In this document: in pieces, positions 43,494 through 52,803 of the stretch | Numbering within the stretch: the stretch's first letter is position 1 | Layout of the letters: every line of letters starts with the position of its first letter | NCBI GenBank assembly: GCA_963740315.1 | Contig: CAVUDP010000004.1 | Location: forward strand, 448,001 to 512,000 | Length of the DNA: 64,000 bases | Reading direction: 5' to 3' | Source of the DNA: an uncultured cyanobacterium | GTDB lineage: Bacteria; Cyanobacteriota; Cyanobacteriia; Cyanobacteriales; Nostocaceae | Program-made: the position numbers and the translations under genes | The notes under the pieces: model-generated | Told to the model about the DNA's origin: nothing | The model's database searches: none | Seen by the model: the letters and a program-made list of their open reading frames with translations, nothing else

Positions 43494-45140
43494 TCATAAA
43501 TTTTTAACGAACTTCTTTGCCCGACTTACCAATGGCAGGGAATATAATTGCTTTTTCATTTTTGCTTGAATACTTAGCTTGCTAACAAACAGCTTTGTTT
43601 TTGAATTTAGTAAATGGGAAGATGGAGAAGACGCGGGAAGTTTTTGGTAAACTAGGCAAGCTCCAACTCCTAATTCGCGGTTAGAGTTTTCAAAACAAAG
43701 ATTGACTGATAATAAGCCATGCCTTCTAAAGAATGCATCCATTATTTCTTTTGTCCAATTTTTAGGCTTTCCTACTATTAACAAAAAGCCAGATTCAGCA
43801 ATAGTCGGTTCAACTTCCTGCCATAGCTGCTTCATTGCTGCCAAGTTATCTGGTAAATCTACGATCGCCATCTGAAATTGAGATAAATCCTTTTGTTTTG
43901 AAGACAGGCATTGCAGATCGACCTGTTCTTTCACGCCGACTTTGTTGCACCAAGCTTCCACATCAGTCAAAGCTTCTGAGGAATTAGCGTAAGTAATATC
44001 TAAACGAGGTAAGTCAGCTAAATCTGACAGGAGTTGTTTATTCGCACCCTTCCAATAAAGAAGTTTGATTCGAGAGTTTAGTCGATGGATTTCTTGAATC
44101 AATTCGTAAATCTTTAATCGAGTATCAAAGGCTTTTTCGTTTCTAGTCGGATCGATGTGCAACACACGTTTATCGTGTTCTAGACGAAAAGGCGCTTCAA
44201 TCTCACCATGCAAGACATAGCGGTATAATTTTTGCCATATTGCTTGCTGGCTATAACAATCTATCAGCTTTTGATGACCTGCTGCTGCTATTTGTTCCGC
44301 TTTATCAGGATTCTTTAGATAAAAATCTATCTTTTGGAGTAGTTCATCTTCGTTTCCATAGCATTCTAAGTGAACGCCTTCTTGAAACAGAGAAAACAAA
44401 CCAGATTGAGGACTTAAGCGATCCGTAAGCAGAAAACCGCCAGCCATCAGCACTTCAAAAATCCTTCTATTACTATCAGAATTTAAACCACAATTGAATA
44501 CTATTTGCGATTTGGTATAATCTTCCAAAGATTCAATATATGGCTTGCGGCTAATATCAATATTTGTACCAGAATCCTCTAAAAATTCAAGTAGTCTGCT
44601 GCGGTAAACGTGTTGTTGCGACTGAGAACCCCGAAAAATAATATTGAATGATTTTGATTCGGACTTCTTAGGAATATAATGGTCGATAACAGGAGTTCCT
44701 GGGAGCCAGAAGACATTTTTTAGACCTGCTTCTACAAAGAAATGTAAATGCTGAACTCCTTGGTAAACCCAGTGGTAATCGCACTGTAAAACTTTGCAAT
44801 ATTCAACAATACCAGTCAACGAACCATCACCCAGGTGAAAAGTATCGCCAATCTTCATGACTTTAGGGCATTTGAATTTCTCAAGTCCCCGTGGAATAAA
44901 GCTCATATTTCTGGCAGACAGTTGCACAAAATCAGGATAAAAACCATTAGGTAATTTATCCAAAATCATATCAACAGAAAATTCTCCCTGGGGAACAGCA
45001 ATGGCTTTACCTGCCTTTACTAGTTCTGCTGGTGGTGCGGGGCAGGCAATTAGTATTTGATGGTCATTTTCTTCCGATGTATTTAGATCCGACTTTGAAA
45101 TCGATACTGATGTTGAAATAATACGTAGTTCTTTAACCAT
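43494..45140 (-). CDS. Glycosyltransferase with CgeB-like (Glyco_trans_1_2) domain plus an extra C-terminal domain
   Basis: FRGS, SQIVFN, NRRIFEVLMAGGFLLTD, IAAAGH; start at MVKELR (45140). Confidence 0.8.
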   Translation of the reverse strand: MVKELRIISTSVSISKSDLNTSEENDHQILIACPAPPAELVKAGKAIAVPQGEFSVDMILDKLPNGFYPDFVQLSARNMSFIPRGLEKFKCPKVMKIGDTFHLGDGSLTGIVEYCKVLQCDYHWVYQGVQHLHFFVEAGLKNVFWLPGTPVIDHYIPKKSESKSFNIIFRGSQSQQHVYRSRLLEFLEDSGTNIDISRKPYIESLEDYTKSQIVFNCGLNSDSNRRIFEVLMAGGFLLTDRLSPQSGLFSLFQEGVHLECYGNEDELLQKIDFYLKNPDKAEQIAAAGHQKLIDCYSQQAIWQKLYRYVLHGEIEAPFRLEHDKRVLHIDPTRNEKAFDTRLKIYELIQEIHRLNSRIKLLYWKGANKQLLSDLADLPRLDITYANSSEALTDVEAWCNKVGVKEQVDLQCLSSKQKDLSQFQMAIVDLPDNLAAMKQLWQEVEPTIAESGFLLIVGKPKNWTKEIMDAFFRRHGLLSVNLCFENSNRELGVGACLVYQKLPASSPSSHLLNSKTKLFVSKLSIQAKMKKQLYSLPLVSRAKKFVKNL

Positions 45141-45177
45141 TGGAGTATTAATAAGTATTACTATCTCTTTAAGACTG

Positions 45178-45263
45178 AAATGTTGTGCATGGGGGAAACC
45201 ACGCCACTTGCTACAGCCGTCGTATTTATCGCCAAGGCAGTGGCTCCCCAAGACCACACTTTT
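45178..45263. repeat. Nested small dispersed repeats (SDR5-like element inserted in a related element)
   Basis: Inner ACGCCACTTGCTACAG...GGCAGTGGCT (45201-45245) interrupts outer CATGGGGGAAACC|CCCCAAGACCACACTTT. Confidence 0.6.
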
Positions 45264-45377
45264 CGCTTTATCTCTTTCCTCTGTGTCCTCTAAGTCAAGC
45301 GTCGGTTTTTTTCTCGATAATTTTCTACCGCTAAAGGAGTAATTTACCCGCACAGCCAACTGATTTGATTAGACAAC

Positions 45378-46184
45378 TTAAGATACTAAATTCCATGCTG
45401 CGCGAAGCTCAGAGAAGTTATCTTTCGCTTCTTTTGCTATAGCAATAGTATCGCGTTTAATTTCTAATAATTCGTAATTTCTAGCTTCTAAATATGCGCG
45501 ACATTCTGCTTTATCAGTGGGGCTTAAGTGTTTGTGTTCGTACAAGATGATTTTTGGTTGAAAGCGTTCAAAACTAATCATCTTGAGAATTTCAAAATCA
45601 TAACCTTCCGTATCAATATGTATGACATCGATATCGCTAAGATTATGTTTGTCGCATAGAGCCGCAAATGTCATACAATCAACTTGAGTTGTGACTATAC
45701 GTTCTTGAATATCAGGAATCCAAGTAGAATTTTTTAGTATCGTTTCTAATGAAAAAGAACCAAGTTGGTCGTAGGTTACTGGCAAATCATCGCACTCTTT
45801 TAAATAATAAAAATTTTGTACTCTATTCTCACTTGAGATTGCAACATTTTCTAGAGTTATATTCTCGAATTTATGAAAATTTTTCTCTAACCTTTTAAAT
45901 ACAAATTTAACTGGTTCAATCATAATTCCCGACCAGTTACAGTTAAATATAAAATTACGCAAAGGGTCGCCATGAGTCGCATCATTAGAGCCAACCTGTA
46001 CAAAAAAAACATTTTTTTTTGCTATAGCTAACGAATAAAGAATGCAATCGATTGGGTCGCGCTTTAGGACGAATCGCAAGCTCGTTGATTTCAGAAAATT
46101 CCAAGGTAGAACGTTATATAATTTTTGACGTAAAAGTAAGTTGGTTTTGCCTAGTTTATGCTTAATTTTTCTCAGAACTTGCAT
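45378..46184 (-). CDS. FkbM family methyltransferase
   Basis: FVQVGSND, IEPV, LENVAIS, IDTEGYDFEIL, ILYEH. Confidence 0.92.
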   Translation of the reverse strand: MQVLRKIKHKLGKTNLLLRQKLYNVLPWNFLKSTSLRFVLKRDPIDCILYSLAIAKKNVFFVQVGSNDATHGDPLRNFIFNCNWSGIMIEPVKFVFKRLEKNFHKFENITLENVAISSENRVQNFYYLKECDDLPVTYDQLGSFSLETILKNSTWIPDIQERIVTTQVDCMTFAALCDKHNLSDIDVIHIDTEGYDFEILKMISFERFQPKIILYEHKHLSPTDKAECRAYLEARNYELLEIKRDTIAIAKEAKDNFSELRAAWNLVS

Positions 46185-46214
46185 ATAAATTTACCTATTA
46201 ATTTGAGTAGATTT

Positions 46215-46949
46215 CTATTCAAAATTCACTGACAATAAAGCTTGAGCTTGAACTAAATCATCAGGAGTATTAATTTCTAAAACAATCTTTTGAGTCAGAC
46301 ACACCCGAATAGAAAATCCATGCTCTAGTACTCGCAGTTGCTCCAAACCTTCACACTCCTCTAATGGAGTAGGTTTCATTTGAGCATACTGAGCGAGGAA
46401 ATCTCTTTCAAAGGCATAAAGTCCTAAATGGTGGAACACGGGTACTTCTACATTATTGCGAAAGTACGGAATAGGAGCGCGGGAAAAATAAAGAGCATTA
46501 CCAAGGCGATCGCACAGTACTTTAACTGAATTAGAATCTAAATAAGCTTTATCCATCTCCAAAGGACAGCCCAGAGTTGTCATTGCTGGTGATTCTCCTT
46601 TAAGATAAGGACTTACTAGTTGTGCGAGCATTTCGGAAGTTACAAAAGGTTGATCTCCCTGAACGTTAGCTATAGCGTTCATCTGGGGATAGCGCAAAGC
46701 AACTTCAGCAACTCTATCGGTACCCGTAGCGCAATCGGAGCTAGTCATTTCAACTTCTCCGCCAAAAGAATGCACGCAATCGGCAATAACTTCGCTATCG
46801 GTAGCGACAACTACTTTACTAAAATGAGGACAGCTTTTCGCCGCTTCATAAACTCTTTGTACCATTGGGCGATCGCCAATCATTGCCAGTGGTTTTCCAG
46901 GAAACCGAGTTGAGTTGTAACGAGCGGGGATAACAGCAAGGATGTTCAT
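46215..46949 (-). CDS. kdsB: CMP-Kdo synthetase
   Basis: IPARYNSTRFPGKPL, TGTDR, NVQGDQP, LYFSRAPIP, EGLEQLRVLE. Confidence 0.96.
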   Translation of the reverse strand: MNILAVIPARYNSTRFPGKPLAMIGDRPMVQRVYEAAKSCPHFSKVVVATDSEVIADCVHSFGGEVEMTSSDCATGTDRVAEVALRYPQMNAIANVQGDQPFVTSEMLAQLVSPYLKGESPAMTTLGCPLEMDKAYLDSNSVKVLCDRLGNALYFSRAPIPYFRNNVEVPVFHHLGLYAFERDFLAQYAQMKPTPLEECEGLEQLRVLEHGFSIRVCLTQKIVLEINTPDDLVQAQALLSVNFE

Positions 46950-47208
46950 AGTTTTATATACCTAATAATTTACGTAATTATTTATTTTTTTCAAGTAACA
47001 GGTATTGCAATTTATTTGAGACACCCAATTTTCCTTCTCCGATAAAGTCATAAAGTTAAGGATTAGGTTTTGGATGCCTCATATCAAATATTTGTAGAGA
47101 TGCGCCGCACAGACTTCGATCAAACGCTTATCGATTGGAACTGCTGGTTAATTGCGAGTTTACGTACAACGCCGTATTAATTTCCGATATATTCAACAGG
47201 CTTCGCGG

Positions 47209-49971
47209 TTAAGTTAGTGCAATATTGCGGAACTCACTTACAGCAGTTGGATTTGCAACATCATGGTCGTTGCCAATGGTAAGATAGTCGAATTGACCGC
47301 TGAAAAAGTTACCAATTGGGATTGAATAGCGATCGAATCCGGCTGATTGACCGATAATATACTGGTCTAAGTCCTCAATACCCCAACTTTGGCTACCGTC
47401 AACTTGGAAAAAGTGTCCGGCATCATCAGCGCCGCTAATGTTGTTGTTATTGTCGAAGCCGATACCCTGAACTTCACCCGTGCCGTTGCTTCTGAACTCA
47501 AACTCCAAGTTTGTATCTGCATCTACTTGATATCCGGTGATGTCCAAGCGCTTCCAACCGTTAAGAGCTAATTTTAATTCAGTGTTATTAGTAATAGTTG
47601 CAACGGCGTTAACATCTTGAGAAGCACCACCGTAAGATTGAACTGATAGAGATTGAGTTATTCCATCAACGGTAAGATCGAGTAAGTTATTTTGAACGGA
47701 AACTTCAAATAGCTCGATGTTGTTGAACTGTGCTATAGCAGTAGGATTTGTAACATCATGGTCGTTGGCAATGGTAAGGTAGTCAAATTCACCCTTGAAG
47801 AAATCACCAACGGAGATTTCGTAGGTTTTTTCGCTTCCAACTTGATTAACAATAAACCGATCTAAGTTTTCAATACCCCAGCTTTGACTACCATTAGCTT
47901 GGAAGAAGTGCCCAGCGTCATCAGCGCCGCTAATATTATTGTTATTATCGAAGCCGATACCTTGAACTTCACCCTTGCCGTTAGAATTAAAGTCAAAGCG
48001 GAGCCGGGTATTTGCAGTTACTTGATATCCGTTAAGATTCAAGCGTTTCCAGCCGTTACCTTCTAACTGTAATTGTTTATTGTTATTGTTTACAGTTGAA
48101 GTAATGCTTGGGTTTTGAGAAGCACCACCATAAGATTCAATCGTTTTATTTTGAGTCACTCCATTAATGGAGATATCAAGTAAGGTATTAGGATTGGGAG
48201 TAGGTATAGGAGTAGGTGTCGGTGTCGGGGTAGGAGTCGGAGTCGGAGTAGGTGTCGGTGTCGGTGTAGGAGTAGGTGTAGGAGTAGGTGTAGGTGTCGG
48301 TGTCGGTGTCGGTGTTAATAGTTCGATATTTCTGAATGTCGCTTGAGCAGTGGGATTTGCGACATCATGGTCGTTACCTATGGTTAAGAAATTAAATCTA
48401 CCAGTGAATAGTTGACCAACTGGGATGGAATACTGATTAAATCCGTCCGAGGAACCAACAATATACTGACCTAGATTTTCAATACCCCAGCTTTGACTAC
48501 CAGCAACTTGAAAGAAATGTCCGCTATCATCAGCGCCGCTAATATTATTGTTGTTATCAAAGCCGATACCTTGAACTTCACCTTTACCATTACCCTTAAA
48601 GTTAAAACGGAGGATAGTGTCGGGAGCGATCGTGGTATTGATATTAACCCGTTTCCATCTATTTCCACTTAAGTTTAGTTGATTGCTTGGCGATACAGTC
48701 ACATCACCTGTAACGTCTTGCATTGAACCACCGTAGGATTCAACAGGATTGGAAACGGGTATACCGTTGATTGTAACAAGTGATTCTGATGAATTATTCA
48801 CACCATTAATAGTTGCGGCTTGTACACCCAGCAGTAAAGCTAATTGTTCGCCGCTATTATTACTGGTAATCCAGGTATCGTTAATATAGTTTCCAGTACC
48901 TTGAGTAATACTCAGTTGCTCAAAAGTTAAGCCTCCAGATAGTGCTAGCGAATCTTCTCCAACTAAAAAATCGGTGATAGTATCGGTTCCTTCACCAAGG
49001 GTTAAAACAAATGTGTCTTTACCAGTTCCCCCACTGAGTAAGTCGTCACCACCACCACCAATAATCAAGTCATCGCCAGCGCCACCCTGAATAATGTTGC
49101 TATTGGCATTACCTGTAAGTCGATCGCTATAGGCTGTACCTATAATGTTGTTGATATTAATTAGAGTATCCTGGCTGCTTTTAATCCAGTCATACCAGCT
49201 ATTCGCAATCTTTTCGTAACCTTGCAAAGAAGGATGAACCCCATCAAAAATGTCACTTACAGTTAAGGCTTTGTTGACATCAACAAAAGTTACCTTTTTG
49301 CCTGCCGCTAATTTGTCCTCAATAATGCCCGGTATCGTAGCGTTGTAAGCCTTGGCATTATCGCTTTGAATTTTTCTCACAGATGGATCTATCGGCGGAA
49401 TCGAAGCTACTAAAAGATGAGTCTTTGGCGATTGGTTGGTAATTTTATCTAGTAAAGCACTCAAGCGATCGTCAGCCGTCGAGGGATTGGTATCGCTTTT
49501 CGTATCGTTAGTACCAATCATCAGCAACAACATATCTGGCTGCTGTACGTTCAACCAACCTGCGATATTGTCAGAAATAAAAGAAATGCGTTTGCCACTA
49601 TGCCCTTCGTGTTCGTTATCTTCAAAAGCACCAGTTTTTTGCGAGCCGACAAAATCTACAGCTTCACCAAAACCATCAGCAATCAAAAATTGATTTAAGA
49701 AATTTCGATAGCCACCACTATCGTTGTTTTTAGGCTTATCCGCTATTTCAGTATTTGTAAAACCATATGTAATCGAATCGCCAACAGGTAAAATCTTAAA
49801 TGGATTTTGAATTGATGGCGTAAACTCACGTGTAACAATTCCCGCGCTCAAATCAGCAATAATGCTACCAGTCGCTTGAACGTAGTTGACCGCGTTAAAC
49901 TCAGTGTCACCGTTGAAGCTTTGATTTGCAGCGCCACCTATAAAAATTTTACCTATGCCAATGTTATTCAT
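47209..49971 (-). CDS. Multidomain extracellular protein: SGNH hydrolase, RTX Ca-binding repeats and three repeated beta-rich domains with a Pro-Thr linker
   Basis: GDSIT, GHSG, GTND, DGVHP; GGAGDD/GGGGDD/GGTGKD nonapeptides; three copies of GNxWKR..GEVQGIGFDNNNNISGADD..NDHDV; (PT)n. Confidence 0.85.
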   Translation of the reverse strand: MNNIGIGKIFIGGAANQSFNGDTEFNAVNYVQATGSIIADLSAGIVTREFTPSIQNPFKILPVGDSITYGFTNTEIADKPKNNDSGGYRNFLNQFLIADGFGEAVDFVGSQKTGAFEDNEHEGHSGKRISFISDNIAGWLNVQQPDMLLLMIGTNDTKSDTNPSTADDRLSALLDKITNQSPKTHLLVASIPPIDPSVRKIQSDNAKAYNATIPGIIEDKLAAGKKVTFVDVNKALTVSDIFDGVHPSLQGYEKIANSWYDWIKSSQDTLININNIIGTAYSDRLTGNANSNIIQGGAGDDLIIGGGGDDLLSGGTGKDTFVLTLGEGTDTITDFLVGEDSLALSGGLTFEQLSITQGTGNYINDTWITSNNSGEQLALLLGVQAATINGVNNSSESLVTINGIPVSNPVESYGGSMQDVTGDVTVSPSNQLNLSGNRWKRVNINTTIAPDTILRFNFKGNGKGEVQGIGFDNNNNISGADDSGHFFQVAGSQSWGIENLGQYIVGSSDGFNQYSIPVGQLFTGRFNFLTIGNDHDVANPTAQATFRNIELLTPTPTPTPTPTPTPTPTPTPTPTPTPTPTPTPTPTPIPTPNPNTLLDISINGVTQNKTIESYGGASQNPSITSTVNNNNKQLQLEGNGWKRLNLNGYQVTANTRLRFDFNSNGKGEVQGIGFDNNNNISGADDAGHFFQANGSQSWGIENLDRFIVNQVGSEKTYEISVGDFFKGEFDYLTIANDHDVTNPTAIAQFNNIELFEVSVQNNLLDLTVDGITQSLSVQSYGGASQDVNAVATITNNTELKLALNGWKRLDITGYQVDADTNLEFEFRSNGTGEVQGIGFDNNNNISGADDAGHFFQVDGSQSWGIEDLDQYIIGQSAGFDRYSIPIGNFFSGQFDYLTIGNDHDVANPTAVSEFRNIALT
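48190..48315 (-). repeat. Coding hexamer repeat encoding the (Thr-Pro)n linker
   Basis: ACACCG/ACACCT/ACTCCT/ACTCCG units on the coding strand. Confidence 0.9.
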
Positions 49972-50081
49972 AATTTCTATTCTCAGGTATAAAAAATAAC
50001 CTCTTATGGTATTTTAGCCTGAGAAACCCAGCATTATATGTAAATTAACTTATAAGCTTATTTAAAGATTTCAAGAATTGA

Positions 50082-51074
50082 TTACAAAATACCGCTACGA
50101 GCAATGTCATGAAGCCGAAGTAAGCCAACACAATATGCTTTATCTACTACTGAGAGTACAGAAATTTGAGAGGAACGATTTTCCATCAGTTGTAGTGCGT
50201 CGAAAGCTAATTGCTCCGGTTGAACGGCGATCGGATTGCGCGTCATAATTGCTGCTGCCTGGAGGTGTTCTAGATCGGCTAACTCGATCGTGGCTATGGC
50301 ACGTCGTAGATCGCCGTCTGTAATAATTCCTAGTAGTTTACCTTTTTCGTCAATAACGTTGACTGCTCCGAGTCCTGCTTTGGTGATAGCGCTAACTATT
50401 TCAATCCAGCTTGCTTTTGGTCTAATTACGGGATTATCTAATCCCTGATGCATCAAATCTGCTACCCGTAAAGTCAGCCGTTTACCTAAGCGTCCGGCTG
50501 GATGATTCAGTGCAAAATCTTGAGGAGTTATAGCCCGCATTTGCATTAAGGTCATTGCCAGAGCATCCCCAATTGCTAAAGCAACAGTGGTACTGGTAGT
50601 GGGAGCTAAATTCAAAGGACAAGCTTCACGATCTACTGAGGCATCTAAAACCAAATCAGCCCGATTTGCTAAGGTAGATTCGAGATTTCCCAAAATTCCA
50701 ATAATTGGAACTTGGCGATGTTTAAGATGAGGAACTATCTCTATTAATTCTTGTGTTTCACCGCTATTGCTGAACAATATAACTACATCCAAGGCAGTAA
50801 TAATTCCCAAATCGCCGTGCAAAGCATCGCAAGGATGCAAACATACAGCTACATTACCAATGCTACATAGGGTAGCAGCAATCTTTTGGGCAACAATTCC
50901 AGACTTTCCAACACCTGTAAGCACCACCTTTCCCTGACAATTTATCAGTAGCTTTAATACCTTTTCTAATTGATCTATTTGCAAGCGTTCTGCTGCTTGG
51001 TTAATTGCGGTTGCTTCCAGTTTTAGGAGTTCGATAACCCGATTTACTGGAACTGAAGTAATAAATGAGTGCAT
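50082..51074 (-). CDS. kdsD: Arabinose-5-phosphate isomerase (KdsD/KpsF/GutQ; SIS + CBS)
   Basis: TGVGKSG, ALHGDLG, SNSGET, EACPLNLAPTTST, HPAGRLG, ITDGDLRR. Confidence 0.94.
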   Translation of the reverse strand: MHSFITSVPVNRVIELLKLEATAINQAAERLQIDQLEKVLKLLINCQGKVVLTGVGKSGIVAQKIAATLCSIGNVAVCLHPCDALHGDLGIITALDVVILFSNSGETQELIEIVPHLKHRQVPIIGILGNLESTLANRADLVLDASVDREACPLNLAPTTSTTVALAIGDALAMTLMQMRAITPQDFALNHPAGRLGKRLTLRVADLMHQGLDNPVIRPKASWIEIVSAITKAGLGAVNVIDEKGKLLGIITDGDLRRAIATIELADLEHLQAAAIMTRNPIAVQPEQLAFDALQLMENRSSQISVLSVVDKAYCVGLLRLHDIARSGIL

Positions 51075-51217
51075 AAAAATACAATATTGGTAGTGCTGAA
51101 TATTTATTGGTAGCTTGAATCTTTTTTAGTAGTTCGCGAAGCCAAGTTTTCTGAATACATTGTAAAAGCGTAGAGTTCTTTTCCCCTTAAGCTTCCTCCG
51201 TTTCCCGTACTTGAGTA

Positions 51218-52057
51218 CTAGTTTCTGCCCATATTTTTTAGTAAATGAATGTTTTGTCTGACAAAATTTTTATAATCTGGCAAAGGAGAATTACCTTTAA
51301 GTAAATTTTGTCGCACGTAAGAACGGACAATGCTCAATTCAATATCTTTCTGAGTAATGTATCCAGCATCTAAAGCTTCCTGAAAATAGTTAAACCATAG
51401 TTCACCATAAGGATGATTAGGACTTTTCCAAGGTTGGGTGTATAGATTTGTATAATGAATTAATTTAGTTTCTCGGTCATAATAATCAAATACATTCCAC
51501 TGGGGGTTAAGTGCGCCAATCTTCAGGGGATGATCAGCAAGAAAAGCCTTACTCATACTGGAAAATTCAGTATTAGTGTAAAGTCCTCGATCGATTTCTT
51601 TATAATAAGTTTCCAAATCAAAGCGACAAGTTTCGCAGTCTATAAGCATCACGCTTAATGCCCAAAACTCTTCACCTCTATGGCTGTAAGCATCTGCTTT
51701 TGCCAGGAAATCATTTCCATTCAAGGAAGTATCAATAAGTTCGCCAATATCTGTTAGACAAATAATATCTGAGTCGATATAAATTGCTTTACCTTGATAA
51801 TTGCACAGTTGTGGAATCAAATAACGATAAAGGCTAAATTCAGTTGTGTTACGATATTTAATATGTAGAGGTAAAGGAGCTAAGAATGGCTGTTTGTCAT
51901 TCAATTCTATGGCATTATGAGTACCATTAAAAACGTAAATATCTAAGTTTCTTTTAGTATGTTTTTGCAAAGAATAAATTGCTACTTTTCTCTCAAGGAG
52001 GCTTGCTTCTCCAGAACCAATGAATATTCGTATAGGTTCCTGGTTGATAATATTCAC
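51218..52057 (-). CDS. GT8-like glycosyltransferase
   Basis: TEFSLYRYLIP, YIDSD, SVMLID, QWN, LIHYT..QPW. Confidence 0.8.
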   Translation of the reverse strand: MNIINQEPIRIFIGSGEASLLERKVAIYSLQKHTKRNLDIYVFNGTHNAIELNDKQPFLAPLPLHIKYRNTTEFSLYRYLIPQLCNYQGKAIYIDSDIICLTDIGELIDTSLNGNDFLAKADAYSHRGEEFWALSVMLIDCETCRFDLETYYKEIDRGLYTNTEFSSMSKAFLADHPLKIGALNPQWNVFDYYDRETKLIHYTNLYTQPWKSPNHPYGELWFNYFQEALDAGYITQKDIELSIVRSYVRQNLLKGNSPLPDYKNFVRQNIHLLKNMGRN

Positions 52058-52747
52058 TTAATTATCTCCCGTTTTATTTGTAACGCTAATTAATTGGTGT
52101 TGCTTATTAGTTTCACCACGTTTTTTGATAACTCTACCCGGTACTCCCACAACGACAGAGTAAGGCTCTACGCTTTTGGTTACAACAGTTCCCGCACCAA
52201 TCACAGAACCTTTACCAATTTTGCAGCCTTCAAGAATCACTACACCTGCACCTATCCATACATCATCTTCTATAACAACACCTTTATTAGTTAAAGGTTG
52301 CAGATCGATGGGAGTATCAATATCGTCATACAAATGATTACCAGGATTAATTACCACGTGAGTCGCCATTCTTACCCAATTACCTATGACTAAATCACCA
52401 TTCCCAAACAAAATAGTGTAAGGGTTAACGCTACAATCACTACCAATTGTTATTTTGCCGAATCCGGATGTCAATCTGGCAAAAGTTCTAATAATTGAGC
52501 GATCGCCAATATGAATAGCAGAACTATCGAGCGAACATTCAACTGTGGAATAATCTTCTATTAAAACCTTATCTCCCAAAAAGATTTTATTTAAGGGACT
52601 TTTGAGAAAAACTTTATTACCGACATAACAATCTTTTCCAAAATGTCCCATTTCTTGGCGAAAAATATCTTGTTTGTAGGATTGCTCGTATTTGTGATAG
52701 TGATAATTAATTTTTGCTATAGTTTTAGAGAGTACTTTGTAAATCAT
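52058..52747 (-). CDS. Hexapeptide-repeat (left-handed beta-helix) O-acyltransferase
   Basis: VIEDDVWIGAGVVILEG..IGKGSVIGAGTVVTK, GVPGRVIK. Confidence 0.92.
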   Translation of the reverse strand: MIYKVLSKTIAKINYHYHKYEQSYKQDIFRQEMGHFGKDCYVGNKVFLKSPLNKIFLGDKVLIEDYSTVECSLDSSAIHIGDRSIIRTFARLTSGFGKITIGSDCSVNPYTILFGNGDLVIGNWVRMATHVVINPGNHLYDDIDTPIDLQPLTNKGVVIEDDVWIGAGVVILEGCKIGKGSVIGAGTVVTKSVEPYSVVVGVPGRVIKKRGETNKQHQLISVTNKTGDN

Positions 52748-52803
52748 AGTAATGTATTAATTAATAGAATAAAGAATAATCTAGTTTAGGTATACATTAA
52801 TAG

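Noticed and set aside
45141..45359. 73-aa N-terminal extension of the CgeB-like GT
   Set aside because: Runs through nested dispersed repeats; the ATG at 45140 is the more plausible start
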